The position numbers and the translations under genes are program-made. Shown here one piece after another: positions 29,229 to 42,859 of a DNA stretch of 64,000 nucleotides. The notes under the pieces were generated by a model. That model did no database searches, had not been told where the DNA came from, and saw only the letters and a list, made by a program, of their open reading frames with translations. The stretch lies in the NCBI RefSeq assembly GCF_009914755.1, contig NC_060927.1. The stretch is one strand, 5' to 3'. The stretch comes from the human T2T-CHM13v2.0 reference genome, Homo sapiens. Each line of letters begins with the position of its first letter. Position 1 is the stretch's first letter.

Positions 29229-30661
29229 TAAACTGGAACCCATCTCCCATCATATACAAAAACCAACTCAAGATGGATTAAAGACTAAATGTAAGGCTTG
29301 AAACTATAAAACTACTAGAAGAAAACACAGAGAAAACAATTCCTATTGGACATTGGTCTAGGCAAAGATTTTATAGCAAAGACCTCAAAAGCATAGACGA
29401 TTAAAGCACACATATACAGGTGGGACTATGTTAAACTAAAAAGCTTCTGCACAGCAAAGGAAACAATTGACAGAGTGAAGAGACAACTTATGAATGGCAG
29501 AAAATATTTGCAATCTATTAATATGACAAGGGACTAACATCAAGAATATACAAGGTACCCAAAAACTCAACAGGAAAAAAAAAATCCCAGTAAAAAGTAG
29601 GCAAAATAACTTGATCACTTCTGTAAGGAAAAATATAAAAAATTAAAAGAAGGCAAACACAAGAATAAAGATTTCTCAAAAGAAGACATACAAATGGCCA
29701 ACGGATAAATGTTCAACATCCCTGATAATTAGGGAAATGCAAATCCAAATCACGATGAAATGGGGTTAGTCAATCTAACCCCAGTTAGAATGGCTACCAT
29801 TTAAAAGACAAAAAACAACAGATGCTGGAAAAGATGTGGAAAAAAGGGAACTCTTATACATTGTTAGTGGGAATGTAAATTAGTACTACCAATATGGAAA
29901 AACAGTATAGTGATTTATCAATAAACTAAAAATAGAACTATCATACAACCTGGCAATACCACTACTGGGTATGTATCCAAAGGAAAAGAAATCAGTACAA
30001 AAAAGGAATACCGGCACTTGCATGTTTATTGCAGCACTATTCACAATAGCAAAGATATGGAATCAACCTAAGGGTCCATCAACAGACCAATGAATAAAGA
30101 AAATGTAGTATATATACACAATGGAATACTATTCAGCCATAAAAAGAATGAAATCATGTCATTTGCAGAAACATGGATGGTATTGGAGGTCATTATATTA
30201 AGTGAGACAAGCTGGGTACAGAAAGACAAATACCTCATGTTCTCACTCATATGTGGGAGATAAAAAACTTGATCTCATGGAGACAGAGAATAGAATGATA
30301 CATACCAGAGTTGGGGAATGCTGGGAGAGTAGGAGGGGGAAAGGAAGAGAGATTGGTGAATGGGTACAAATGTACAGTTAGATAGAAGAAATAAGCTCTA
30401 AAGTTCAATAGCAGACAAGGGTAACTATAGTTAACAAAAAAATACTGTATACTTCAGAACAGCCAGAAGAGAGGACTTGGAATGTTACCAACATATAGAA
30501 ATGATAAATACTCAAGATAATGTATTCCTTGAATACCCTGATCTGACTTGATCATCACACATCCTATGCATGTAAAAAATACTCACATGTACTTCATAAA
30601 TATGTAAAATATTATGTATCAATAAAAGAAAAAATCAAAATAAAATAAAATGTATTTAAAA
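29229..30661 (+). mobile_element. L1MA (L1MA4-like) 5'-truncated ORF2 end + 3'UTR
   Basis: Degenerate ORF2 C-terminus and 3'UTR ending tatgtatcaataaaa; flanking repeat aagYaggattg at 29218-29228 and 30662-30672. Confidence 0.85.
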
Positions 30662-31064
30662 AAGCAGGATTGGAAAAAGAGAACAGTTGAACTATAATAC
30701 ATCTCAACAAAGGCCTCATTCACCCCATAGGGACTTCAAAACTGGGATAGTCCTTCATAATTATCCACTTTTGGGAGGGGCTAGGGCCGGGCACATATAT
30801 CCCACAGTCTGTTAGTGATTACATATGGATTGCTCCAGACAGAGAGTGCTCCTTTGAGCAAGATGGCTGTCTTCGTGTGAGGCAATGCCCCAAAAAGTCT
30901 AAGAGCTAAGATCTGTCAGTAAACAATCTTCCCAGAATCTGGGAAAATAGATCTTTCTGTTTTAAATAGAGGATCTGGGATACAAAACACAGCCCATCTA
31001 CAACAAGTAGGATGAGTAAGGGGAAAATGTAGGAGATAAAATCAGAGAGAGAGTATATTACAGA

Positions 31065-31586
31065 AGATTACTGTTGGCGATTTGAAACAGAAACCAAACT
31101 ACGGTCACTTAATCTAAAATAGGTATATTTTTCTCACACTGGAAAAAAATGTAGAGGGTAGGCAGTCCAAGCTGGCATCACATTCCATGTTATCAGGGTC
31201 TCAAGATCCTTTCATCTTTCTGCTTCTCTATATTTGGCATGTAGGCTTTGTCCTCATTGTTATGAAATAACTGCTCTATCTACAGGTATTTCATTACCAT
31301 TCGAGGCAGGGAGAGGAAAGGTGAAGGGTAAAATGCGCATGCAAGCTGAGTCTGTCCTATTCTAAAATGATTTCTTTTTTAAATAGCATTTCCAGGATTC
31401 CAGCAGTAGTCTTCCACTTATATTCCATTAGCTAGAAATAGGTCACATGGCTACTTCTAACTCCAAGAGTTAGAAGAGCTGAGTTTGTAACTGAGCTCGT
31501 GCTGTCACACACAAGTGGAATTCTGTTCCTAAGGAGGAAGGAAAATTGATATGATATTGGATAGTCAACCAGCAGCGTCTGCCACA
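31065..31586 (-). mobile_element. Old MLT1 LTR
   Basis: ggtaggcagtccaagctgg ... ggtcacatggctacttcta ... cagcgtctgccaca. Confidence 0.55.
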
Positions 31587-33412
31587 GGCCAGGGTATGCC
31601 ATCCACAGGAAGAAGTTTGGATTTTATTTTAAATGCAATGAATGGTCATTGAAGGGTTTTAAGGAAGAGGGTGATTTGATTTAATCTATTCAGGCAGCTG
31701 GAAGCAGAATGGATTATACAGAAAAAGAAGGGAGGCCCGGTAGGAGGCCAACAAAGAAAAATTGCCTTTGATGACTGGGATAGCAGTGTCTGTGGGGTTT
31801 ATGAAGACTACCTGAGCTTTAACATGTGACTGCCAGCTTGGCTAGATAAACCCATGCTGCTTAAGAATCTATCTACCACATGGGAGGAGAGGATACTGAT
31901 ATGTAAATGTAGTATCAATTGGATCAGTCCTTAAACAGATTCAGTGGCCTTGGAGAAGGAAGCTAGTCTAAATGATCATGTCATTCTTACTCAGGCAGGT
32001 AAGGAATTATCTTCATTTTACATAGCAAACAGTTGAAGCTGCAAGCAGCTGTGCCACTCCTTTAACTTATAAGTAAAGACAATTAATTGAGTTTGCTTCT
32101 GAATCTGATTACAGCACAACTTCACATTTGTGAAACTTTTCTGGGTATTGTATTTGTTTCTTTCCTCTATTCAGATAGTTTCTACCTTTCTCCTTAGCTG
32201 TATTCTTCTTCATTTATTTTCTCTTCAGTTTACCACACTCTCAAGATTTCTAGACCCACCCCCTTTTTCATGGGTTAAACCTATGCTGAAAATAATTTTA
32301 AAGAACAAAGAAAGAGAGAATTTCCTGGTAGCCTTATGTAGAGAAAAATACTCATTTACGGGTGTTTTACTCTGTGTCAACAAAAATAGAATTAACCATC
32401 TGGCACCACCAAGAGGCTACTTCAGAAAGTGCATGGGAAAAAACAATCAAACTTCTAGTTTTGCTTTCACGCCATCTGAGACCCGGGCAGAAAACCGGAA
32501 ACTATTGATGGCCGCCATCTTGAAATGATGCTATTTCATGCGCTTCTCCAAAACAAACAAACAAACAAACAAACAGAAAAAAACATTTAGATGTTCTCTA
32601 AAGAGCATTCTGCAGAACTTCCTACTTACAATTCTTTCTCCTATGCCTCTGTTCAGAATACTCAGTTTTTATTATATCAAAAAGCAAGGTAGCATAGTAG
32701 AAATAGGTTGGCATTTTACTGCATTTAAATCCTGATATGACCACTGATAGATTTATAGCCTTGGGCAAAAAACTTGACTTCCCTAACCTTCAGTTCCATC
32801 AACTACAAATTAGAGATATTCATACTTAATTTTTGGAAAGACTGAAAGAGACATTTAAAGTACTGGGCATAGCATCTGATGTACACACACATCCTGTGTG
32901 TTAAATGAGAGCAATTCACATTATCATTGTTATTATTAATATAATTTTCATCAAAAACTATTGTCGACAAATTTACTTTTTTGGATGCATGAGACCGTTA
33001 GGATGATTGTGGCTCTTCTGTGTACAGATATTCTAGGTCAGGAAAACAGATCAAATGAGAATATTTTACCCCACATCACTCTCATGAAACAAGGGAGCTA
33101 ATTATCTTCTATTCATGATCCTTTGGGACACCCTTTTGCAATGTACACAGTTGCATTTTTGTATGGTTTGGAAGTGTAAACTGTGTTAATAGCTGGCTAG
33201 TCCATTCAGAACCAGAAATTGGATTCAAATGTCTTATGCCTTTATCATTTACTGATTCTGCCATACTGAAGTTTATGAGACTCTAATCTTTTGTGTATAT
33301 CTCCAAATTTTTGTCCATATTTATCAGTATTATTATTATTCACTCAATACTTGTGTTCAAATTAAATTCAAATTTACTCACTTCTTAACACTTAGCCTTG
33401 TTCTAAGAACTA

Positions 33413-33489
33413 TTATGTTGGTTCAAAAGTAATGGTTTTGGCCATTACTTTTAATGGTGAACACTGCAATTACTTTTGCACCAACCTAG
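33413..33489. mobile_element. MADE1 mariner MITE (palindromic)
   Basis: ttatgttggttcaaaagtaat...attacttttgcaccaaccta with TA flanks. Confidence 0.9.
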
Positions 33490-34219
33490 TAATATCCATG
33501 AAATCACTAGTTTTAAAGTCTAGCTTTTTTGCTTTAATACCCATTACATTAATTTACAACTATTAAATTTTCTTTATAAAAATGTTTTCATGTACTACCT
33601 AGAATCAACTCAGATACCACCAGTGGTATATGGACCACGCATTACATAACCCAGCCCTGTACCTCCTTGCTCCCTTGAGTAGAAATTTTAATGTTTTTCT
33701 TTCCTTCTAGTGGTTTTGTTTTCCCTCTTGCATGTTTCAATGGGTGCTCAGGATAATCTGGTAAAGTTGGAGCTTTAAACTGTTGTGAATGGAGGCATAG
33801 GTTTTGATGTCCCAGAAATGAAATTTAATATATATCTGAAATAACACTTTTGTCTCTAATGTGAATAGGCACAGCATGTCTAGGTCCTGGTCCTTTTTAG
33901 ATATTTGCTATTTATTCTTTCTGTTTACAGAGATTCTGAAGGAAGGATTCTGATCTGCTACAGTAAATAGAGCATGAAAATCAGGTCTGGCTTGAATTTT
34001 TTCCTAGACATTAACCCTACCTCAGATTTAAAGGCTTAGTTTCACTAGCTAAGGTGTGGCTAATAATTGACCCTTTTCACCTTCTCACAGCACCTTAACC
34101 TTAAAGAGAAGATAGATGCATATTATGTGACTATCCAAGACTAAATGAGGTTATCCACATAGCGTTTGCTGAATACATTTCTTTCTGAGTTGCCTTGGCA
34201 GGGGCTGTATATAAATTAA

Positions 34220-34440
34220 GCATGGTGGAGCAGAGTGGTTAAGAGCCAGCACTTGGACTTTGCCTACCGGGATTTGAGTAAAGACTTCTACCTCTAGTTT
34301 GTAATATTAACTAATGACCTCACCTGAGCCTCAATTTCATCATCTATAAAATGGGGATAATAACAGCAACTACCTCATAGGGTTGCTGTGAAGGATAAAT
34401 AAGATTTTACGGATAAATCTCTTATCTCAGTCCCTGAAAC
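34220..34440 (+). mobile_element. MIR
   Basis: ctgagcctcaatttcatcatctataaaatggggataataacag..tacctcatagggttgctgtgaaggat. Confidence 0.8.
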
Positions 34441-34605
34441 TTATTGGGAGATTGGCAAATTTAGTGACTATTATAACTGTAAGTCTGGCTTGTACCTTGG
34501 AAATTTGGAATTTCATAGCCTATATTATATATAAGGAGGATGTCAAGAGACTCCTTTTTAAAAGGCATGGAATGACTCATAGTTTCCCCTTAAAAAGAGA
34601 GAAAT

Positions 34606-35101
34606 GCACTACTAGGTACCTACCCAAAGGAAACAAAGTCATCATATAAAAAAGACACATGCACACATGTTTGTAGCAGTACAATTAGCAATTACAAAGA
34701 TATGGAACCAACCTAAGTGCCCATCGACCAACAAGTGGATAAAGGAAATGTGGTATATGTATACCATGGAATAGTACTCAGCCATAAAAAGGAACAAAAT
34801 AATGTTTTTTGCAGCTACTTGGATGGAGCTGGAAGCCATTATTCTAAGTGAAGTAACTCAGGAATGTAAAACCACTTATAAGTGGGAGCTAAGCTATGAG
34901 AATGGAAAGGCATAAATGATATAATCGACTCTGGGGACTGGTGGGAGGAGGTTGGGAGGGGAATGAGGGCTAAAAGACTACATATTGGATACAATGTATG
35001 CTGCTCAGGTGATGGGTGCACCAAAATCTCAGAATTCACCACCAAAGAACTCATCTGTACACCAAAAACCACCTGTACCCCAAAAACCATTGAAATAAAA
35101 G
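34606..35101 (+). mobile_element. L1PB 3' end fragment
   Basis: gtgggagctaagctatgag...gggtgcaccaaaatctcagaattcaccac...ccacctgtacccc. Confidence 0.85.
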
Positions 35102-35764
35102 TTTAAAAAGGGGGAAATATTCAACTACTGCTTAGTGACTGCCCCTTATTCCCCAATTAAATTCTTAAGTCTTCCATCTCAGGAAATTACTTCCATAATG
35201 ATAAGTAATGTTACTGCTTCTTCTCACAGGGCTAGCACCATTGCTGGGCCTTCCAACTTCTAGGCCCCAGGTCAAAAGCAGTCAGCATCCTTCTAAGAAA
35301 AGGCCATTTTTTTAAATTTTAGCAGCACTCGAAGGAGAGAAGCTGCCAAAAAAGCACATGGTTCACCAGAAGCTAAGCCATTCAGTGAAACAAATGCCAC
35401 ATGTCAGGAACAAAAGAAGAAAAAGTTCAACCCTTTTGCACAGATTTTTCTTATCAAAGCCAAGCTCACTTAAAATATAAACTGGCTGATTTACTGGAGC
35501 ATTTACAGCAGTTTCCCTTATTTTAACAAGATCAGTGAACCCCGCTGTTGTTCTTTTTAATCCTGATTTGTTTTGTCCTTACTTGAGAAGCTATATTTCT
35601 ACCATTAAAAACAAACCTGTGATCAAGATGAAAAGGCAGAAATCAAAGAGTTATAACTCAGAGCTGGTCTAATACAGTGGAAAAAAGCACAGGAGATATG
35701 AGGTACTTCATCTGCAGGAGGATATATGGGATTTAGAAAGATGTTAAATAGAGTTACTTCATAA

Positions 35765-36131
<367 letters not shown>

Positions 36132-36590
36132 TGAGTATATTAAAAGAACTAAAATGTGATAATGCAGAATTATTTTCTCCATCTTCAGCACCTCCAAAAT
36201 TATCTAATGTTTTTAGGATGGCTTGTAGGAAATACTATTGAATTGATAGGGCACCTGGAATCTAGGCCCAACTGTGCTGTGAAGTGTAGAGTCCTTGAGC
36301 TAGCTACCTCTCAGAGCTCATGTCCCTAGTCTGTAAAACGGGAATGGGCTCAGTTATCTTTAACATCCTATAATTGCTGTCATCACCCAGAATGAGGATG
36401 TGTTAGTAACTGAAGAAATATTTTAATTTGATATAGTCATTTGATTAAACTAGAAAAAAACAAAGATGCGGAAGAGTTTTCCAAAGAATGCTTTTTGTTT
36501 GAATACTTCCATGTTTTAAAAAATCGTATTAAAAATGTTTTAAACTGTGATTCTTATAAAAGAATTGTTCAAAACTAAAAATTTTGATAT

Positions 36591-36605
36591 GCTACCCTCT
36601 AGTGG
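36591..36605 (-). promoter_or_regulatory. Candidate CTCF motif
   Basis: Reverse complement CCACTAGAGGGTAGC, one mismatch from the core CCASYAGRKGGCRS. Confidence 0.4.
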
Positions 36606-36684
36606 TGACTAGAACTTACTTTACTAATTTCATCTGAAAGTGCATTCAGATCTTTTGTTCACAGGACAGAAGTAAGGAGAGTTC

Positions 36685-37086
36685 TGTTTAAATTTTAATC
36701 ATCTCAAAATGTGGTTCAAAGACTTTGGGCCTTGGAACTAAGTGGTTAAACACACAGCCTCCCAGAGTCCCCTCAAGACCAAATCAACCATGCTATTTGA
36801 GAGTGGAGCCCAAATATCTGTATGGTTAACAGACAGCCCAGCAGATTCTTAAGCCGAATGGAATTTGAAACCACTGTTCTAGCTCCCTGGAAGATATAGT
36901 ACAGATAGGGGCATTATTATAAATCTAGTAAATTCAAATTCTCTTTTCTTCACCTCAAGGTTTAAAACAGGTGGACAGTAAATTTTCTAATTGTTTCTTG
37001 TCAACTTCAAGATAAGGATCATGTTCCTTAGCATGGCACACAAGGCCCTCCATGGCCCAGACCCTACATCTCCAGCCAACAGGCCT
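36685..37086 (+). repeat. Donor arm of ~400-bp inverted duplication (MER5A-like + unique + L2 sequence)
   Basis: Reverse complement aligns to 38857-39252 with ~34 mismatches in ~390 bp (manual count). Confidence 0.95.
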
Positions 37087-37645
37087 TGATACTCCCATTA
37101 CTCTGACTTTACCACATATGGATACCACTGCCATTACTAAATTCCATGTGGAACTCTAGAATTCCTAAAAGATTCTATGCAATTGATTCTGCATTTTTGA
37201 AGAGGCTCTTTTACTCTGCATGGAATATGTCTGCACTCAACCTAAGTTTGATTAGAAACATCACATTATTTTTAGTAATTATCAGTAAAACTGAAAAGAA
37301 TAATACTACGTAAACTTGAGATAAATGACAGAGCTAAGAGTTGTCTCCCAGGCTGTGTTTAGCCTATTCCATCTCTATAAGCCACTTTCCTCAAGTCATC
37401 CTGTATAGATATGCAATCCAAATAAAACAGTATGTATGTTATGAGATAGCCTTAGGAAATGTTGCCATTGGCCTTTTCCCCTTCCAATTATATGCCTGAC
37501 CCAAAGTCCCTTCCTTCTTTACCTAAGTTTAGAAATGACTGAGGAGACAGACACAGGAGAAAGATAAACAAAGATTAAAATGTCAACTTTATTTCTGACA
37601 AGAGCCTGTTCTGGAGCACATACATTAGGTGTGTGGTGAAATGGG

Positions 37646-37999
37646 TGTATTAGTCCGTTTTCACACTGCTGATAAAGGCATACCTGAGACTGGGAAATTT
37701 ACAAAAGAAAGAGGTTTAATGGACTTCCATTTCCACATGGCTGGGGAGGCCTCATAATCATGGTGGAAGGCAAGGAGGAGCAAGTCACGTCTTACATGGA
37801 TGGCAGCAGACAAAGAGAGAGAGCTTGTGAATGGGAACTCCTCCTTATAAAAACATCAAATCTCATGAGACTTACTCTATCACAAAAACAGCACGGGAAA
37901 GACTTGCTCACATGATTCAATTACCTCCCACCAGGTCTCTCCCACCACACGTGGGAATTCAAGATGAGATTTGGGTGGGGACACAGCCAAATCATATCA
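37646..37999 (-). mobile_element. THE1 (THE1A/B-like) solo LTR with 5-bp TSD
   Basis: tgtattagtccgttttcac...acagccaaatcatatca; TSD atggg at 37641-37645 and 38000-38004. Confidence 0.93.
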
Positions 38000-38499
38000 A
38001 TGGGATTGCATTCTTCCACAACCACTGGATCTTTGGGTTCCCACTGGAGGAAAGGTTTATAACTACATAGCAGGCACACCAACCCAGAAATGCTGCCTTC
38101 ATTGTTTTGGGGTCAAGATGGAAGAAAATGAATCATATTCTAATGCTGTATACCCTTTCAGTAGGTTAATTCTCCCCAGTTTAGAAAATGAACAAGAATT
38201 GTCCGTAGCAAATCTCAGCTATACAGAAATTCTGGTGTGCTGCCCCTGTGTGGAAATGAAAAATGAAAGAAGTAGACTTTCTAAGCTCCAAAATGTATTT
38301 TTCAATATCTATTGAAATGAAGGCTTGCCTGTAGTCAGAGTTTTTGTTACTAGAAAGTAGCATGTTCTGCTCGGGGCCAGTGGGCCTGTGCCAATCTGCT
38401 GTTTCTCATAAAAGATGCTGTTTTGTATTTGTTAACAGGATATGACATAGTTTAACGCAGTGGGGAAAATGTATTAAGGAAATAATGAGAGGCTCTATC

Positions 38500-40790
38500 A
38501 TATTTTAAATGACATTTTTATTGGGATAAGTATAGATTCATGTGCAACTGTCACCAATAATACAAAAAATCCTTTTACAATTTGTCTACAATCTCCCCCC
38601 AATGGAGGACGTTTGCAAACTATAGCATAACATCACATTCAGGACACTGATATTGATACCATCTACTTATCAAGATTTTCCCTGTTTTTATTTGTACTCA
38701 TCTGTGTGTGTATGTGTGTGTACTAAGTTTTTTACAATGTTACCACCTGGGTAGATCAAAGCAAAACAACATTTAGCATCACCACAGTTGAGATACTGAA
38801 TAGCACCAACACAGTGAGGATCTTTCATATTTCCTGTTTATAATATAACAGGAAACAGGCCTGTTGGCTGGAGATGTAGGGTCTGGGCCATGGAGGGCCT
38901 TGTGTGCTATGCTAAGGAACATAATCCTTATCCTGAAGTTCATACGGAACAATTAGAGAATTTACTGTCCACCTATTTTAAACCTTGAGCTGAAGAAAAG
39001 AGAACTTGAATTTACTAGATTTATGATAATGCCCACATCCATACTATATCTTCTAGGGAGCTAGAACAGTGGTTTCAAATTCCACTGGGCTTACGAATCT
39101 GCTGGATTGTCTGTTAACCATACAGATTTTTGGGCCCCACTCTTGAATAGCATGGTTGATTTGGTCTTGAGGGGACTCCAGGAAGCTGTGTGTTTAACCA
39201 CTTAGTTGCAAGGCCCTAAGTCTTTGAACCACGCATTGAGATGATTTAAACAAAATTTTAATAACTCCTACCTCTCTCCTTCCCCCATGGACTCCCTTCT
39301 GTACCTAACCTTTAGCGACCACTTATTTGGTCTCATTTCTAAAATTTTATTTTGAGAGGTCTTTATATTTTAAATATTAGCCCTTTGTTGGATATGAGGT
39401 TTGCAAATATTTTCTCACAGTCTAGTAAACTTTCTTTTCATTCTCATCACATGGGCTTGTCTTTTAACAGATCAAAAGTTTTTCATTTTGATGAAGTCCA
39501 ACCTATCAATTTTTCTTTTATTAATCATGCTTTTTGTTTTAAGTCTAGGAACATTTTACCTAGCCCTGGATACTGAAGATTTTCTTATATTTTTTTCCAA
39601 AAAGTTTTATAGTTTGTGTTTTACATGTAACTCCATGATCCATTTTCAGTTAATTTTTGTACAAGCCATATTAAGCTGAGGTTTTTTTTTTTTCTTTATG
39701 GATGCCCAATTAGTTTGGCACCATTTGTTCCATTTGTTGAAAAGTCTGTTCTTCCTTCAATGCATTGCTTTTTTGCCTCTGTCAAAAATTTGTTGGGTCT
39801 TTTGTACGGGTATAGATCTGGGTTCTCTATTCTTTTCCATAGATCTATACATCAGTCTCTCTACCAATATCACACTGTTCAGATTACTGTGGCTATCTAG
39901 TAATCTTTAATATTGGGAAGAGTAATTCCTCCCACTATATTTTTTTTGATCAAGATACTTTCAACCATTTTAGGGCCTATGTTTTCCTACATATATATTA
40001 GCATAAGTTTGTCTGTATCTATAAAAACCTTGCTGGGATTGTGACAGAGACTGTGTTAAGCCTATAGTTCAATTTGGGGAGAATTGATGTATTTATTATG
40101 TTCAATCTTTTATTACACAAATATGGTATGCCTCTCCATTTAATTAGGTCTTCTTTGATTTCCTAGGTTAACATGTTGTAATATTCAGTATACACATCCT
40201 GTACATATTAAGTATACACCTAAGTATTTCATTGTATTTGATTTTAGAGGTATTGTTTTAAATTCTGATTTTCCTGTGTTCATTGTGAGTATATAAAAAT
40301 GTCTGTGATTTTTGTGTGTTAATCTTATATCCTGCAAGCTTGTTATACTCACTTTCCAGTTCTAGGAGTATTTTTGTAGGTTATTTGGGAGTTTTATGTA
40401 GATAATTCTGTCATCCACTAATATGAACAGTTTTAATTCTTCCTTTCCAATCTGTATGCCTTTCATTTCTTTTTCTTGCCTCATTTCAGAGGCTAGAATT
40501 TCCAATACTATGTTGAAGAAGAGTGGTGAGAGTGGACATTCTTACTTTACTTCTGATGTTAGGAGGAACACATTCAGTGCTTCACCATAAGTATGATGTT
40601 AGCTGTAGATTTTTCACAGATGCTCTTTATCAAGGCAATTCCCCTTTACTCCCAACTTGGTAACAGTGTTTATTATAAATGGGTTAGGTTTTTGGAGTTT
40701 ATTATACATTTATTATAAATGGGTCAGATGCTTGTCAAATGCTTTTTCTATGTCAATTCATACGATCATGATTTGACTTGTTGATATGGC
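38500..40790 (-). mobile_element. Old L1M (L1MB/MC-like) 3'UTR + ORF2 fragment, interrupted by the inverted copy
   Basis: L1M 3' end motifs and ORF2 remnants (tactatgttgaagaagagtggtgagagtggacattctt). Confidence 0.8.
38857..39252 (-). repeat. Inserted inverted copy of 36685-37086
   Basis: Direct alignment; interrupts the L1M 3'UTR. Confidence 0.95.
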
Positions 40791-42859
40791 AATGTTGTAT
40801 ATACAGGGTATTTTGTTCTTGTCTTACAGGTCCCTGATATTCTGTTCATATTTTTTCAGCCTATTTTCTCTCTCATTCAAATTGAGTGAAATTCTATTTC
40901 TGTGTCCTCAAGTTTACTGATTCTATCCTCTGTCATCTCCACTCTACCACCGAGGCCAACCAGTGAGTGTTGTTCGTGTGTTTGTATTTTTGAGTTCTGT
41001 GATTTCCATTTTGTTCTTTTTAATTGACAATTTTATTTCTTTGCTGAAATTTTCATGTGCGTCAAGAGAATGTATAATTTGTTGTTACAGCGTTCTTATG
41101 ATGACTGCTTTAAAATCCTTGTCATTTAATTCTAACACCTGATTTATCGCGGTGGGCGTTGGCATCGGCTGGTTGTCTTCTCTCCTTCAAGTTGCGATGT
41201 TCTTGGTTCTTAGTATGACGGATGACTTTCAATCCTACTGTGAACATTTTGTCTATTATGTTAGGGGACTCAAGGTCCTAGTTAAATCTTCATTTTATCA
41301 CATTTAAGTTTAATACAGAGATCTTGGCCTCGTTTTGTCGGCTGTGATGTCAATGACAGCTTAATTTTCAGAGCTTTTGAGGTGATGTTTTGGTCTGCTT
41401 GGTTTAAATGGTGCCTGAGAAGCTCCCACTGGTTCTGGTTGGTGTTTCCTGAGGACCTGGTAGGGATTTCTCCAGGCCTGGCCTCAGGTGTCTCTGGGAG
41501 GGTTGGAGCATCTAAGGCTTGGCAGAGAAGGAGAGTGCTGCTCCCAGATGCTAATATTTGGTAGAATTCTCAATTGCTCCTCCCCACCTATGCCACTGGA
41601 CTTGCTTGATGTTGTTGGTGGGACTCCTTCTTGGTCTAGGGGAAAAATCAGCCAACCTGAGATGCTTTATCTTGTTAGGTCAGGGGTTGGGATATGATGT
41701 GTGGGTCAGCTTCTTAAGTTGAGTGAGGGGCATGACACCCTGGTACTATGTAGTTCCTTAAGTCCTGAGGTCTGAAGCTGTCTTGCCTCCTGCTTACTAT
41801 CTCTCAGCATTCAGCTTTGGTTGTCCCTTGTGCCATTTCCAGGGTTTATAGTTGTGCACAGTTGGAGAGGAGCAGGGAGAAACTCTTTGTCATTTTATCC
41901 TGACAGAAATGAACCTATTTCATTTTAATGAAAGAAAGAAACTCAGTTTGAACAAATCATTCAATTTTTTTTTTCTGTGATTCAGTTTCTACCTGCCAGA
42001 GAGAAGAGGGTCTGATTGGTTCGGGCTTTCTTTTCTCCTCAGCATTTCCTTTATTTTCCCCTCCACCCTCTACTCTCCGCGTCCCCCTTCCCTCTCCCAT
42101 CTGCTGAGATATAATTTTGGAATGACTTTTAGACATGAAAAACTAGTGGTAGGGAATGCAGAAACACAGAACAGGAGAACCTTCTTGTTAGGTTAAACAC
42201 AAATGGAGCTGTAAATAGGAAGCAAATTTTCACGGTTTTCTTAGTGCTACTAAATTAATTCTGTGATATAAAATAAGAAGAGATCTGACATTCATTCACT
42301 TAATTTTAATGACTAATGGAGCTTATATGTTTTGACATTCTTGTGGTTATTTGTATTTAATACAGATCAAAGTGAAACAAAATAGAGCCCTGAAGGCATA
42401 ATTTCAGAGAGCTAGTAAGTGAGGATGTTATTTCATAACAGTGATTTTGATGTGTGGTAGTAGGGTAATTCGGTATAACTGTATCTTGGAGGAGGCTGTG
42501 TTATCTTTAAAGAATGGATTCTAAAATTGTCATTGCTGTATTACACTTTAAGTCATAATATTGTATTGTTTAATTTAAAAAATAAAGGAATTAGTAAGAT
42601 TTTTTGGTTTAAACAAAACCAAGATTGAGCAATATTATTTTGGATAATGAAATGACGCAAACTTCATCTTCCTATGGAGCTGACCATTAATTAGGTTGTA
42701 TGTGCACAGGCTCCTCTCAACTGAGACTGAGCTGTGATATCTGTTTTAGCACTCTCATTATAGATGTGGATTCAACATATGTCTTTGCTGACATTTTCAT
42801 CTAACACTCTGGCACAGTTTCTTCAAAATTTACATTTCTTGACCCTTGACTAGTAAAGT

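Noticed and set aside
32403-32420. CTCF-like ccaccaagaggc
   Set aside because: Mismatches at two core positions
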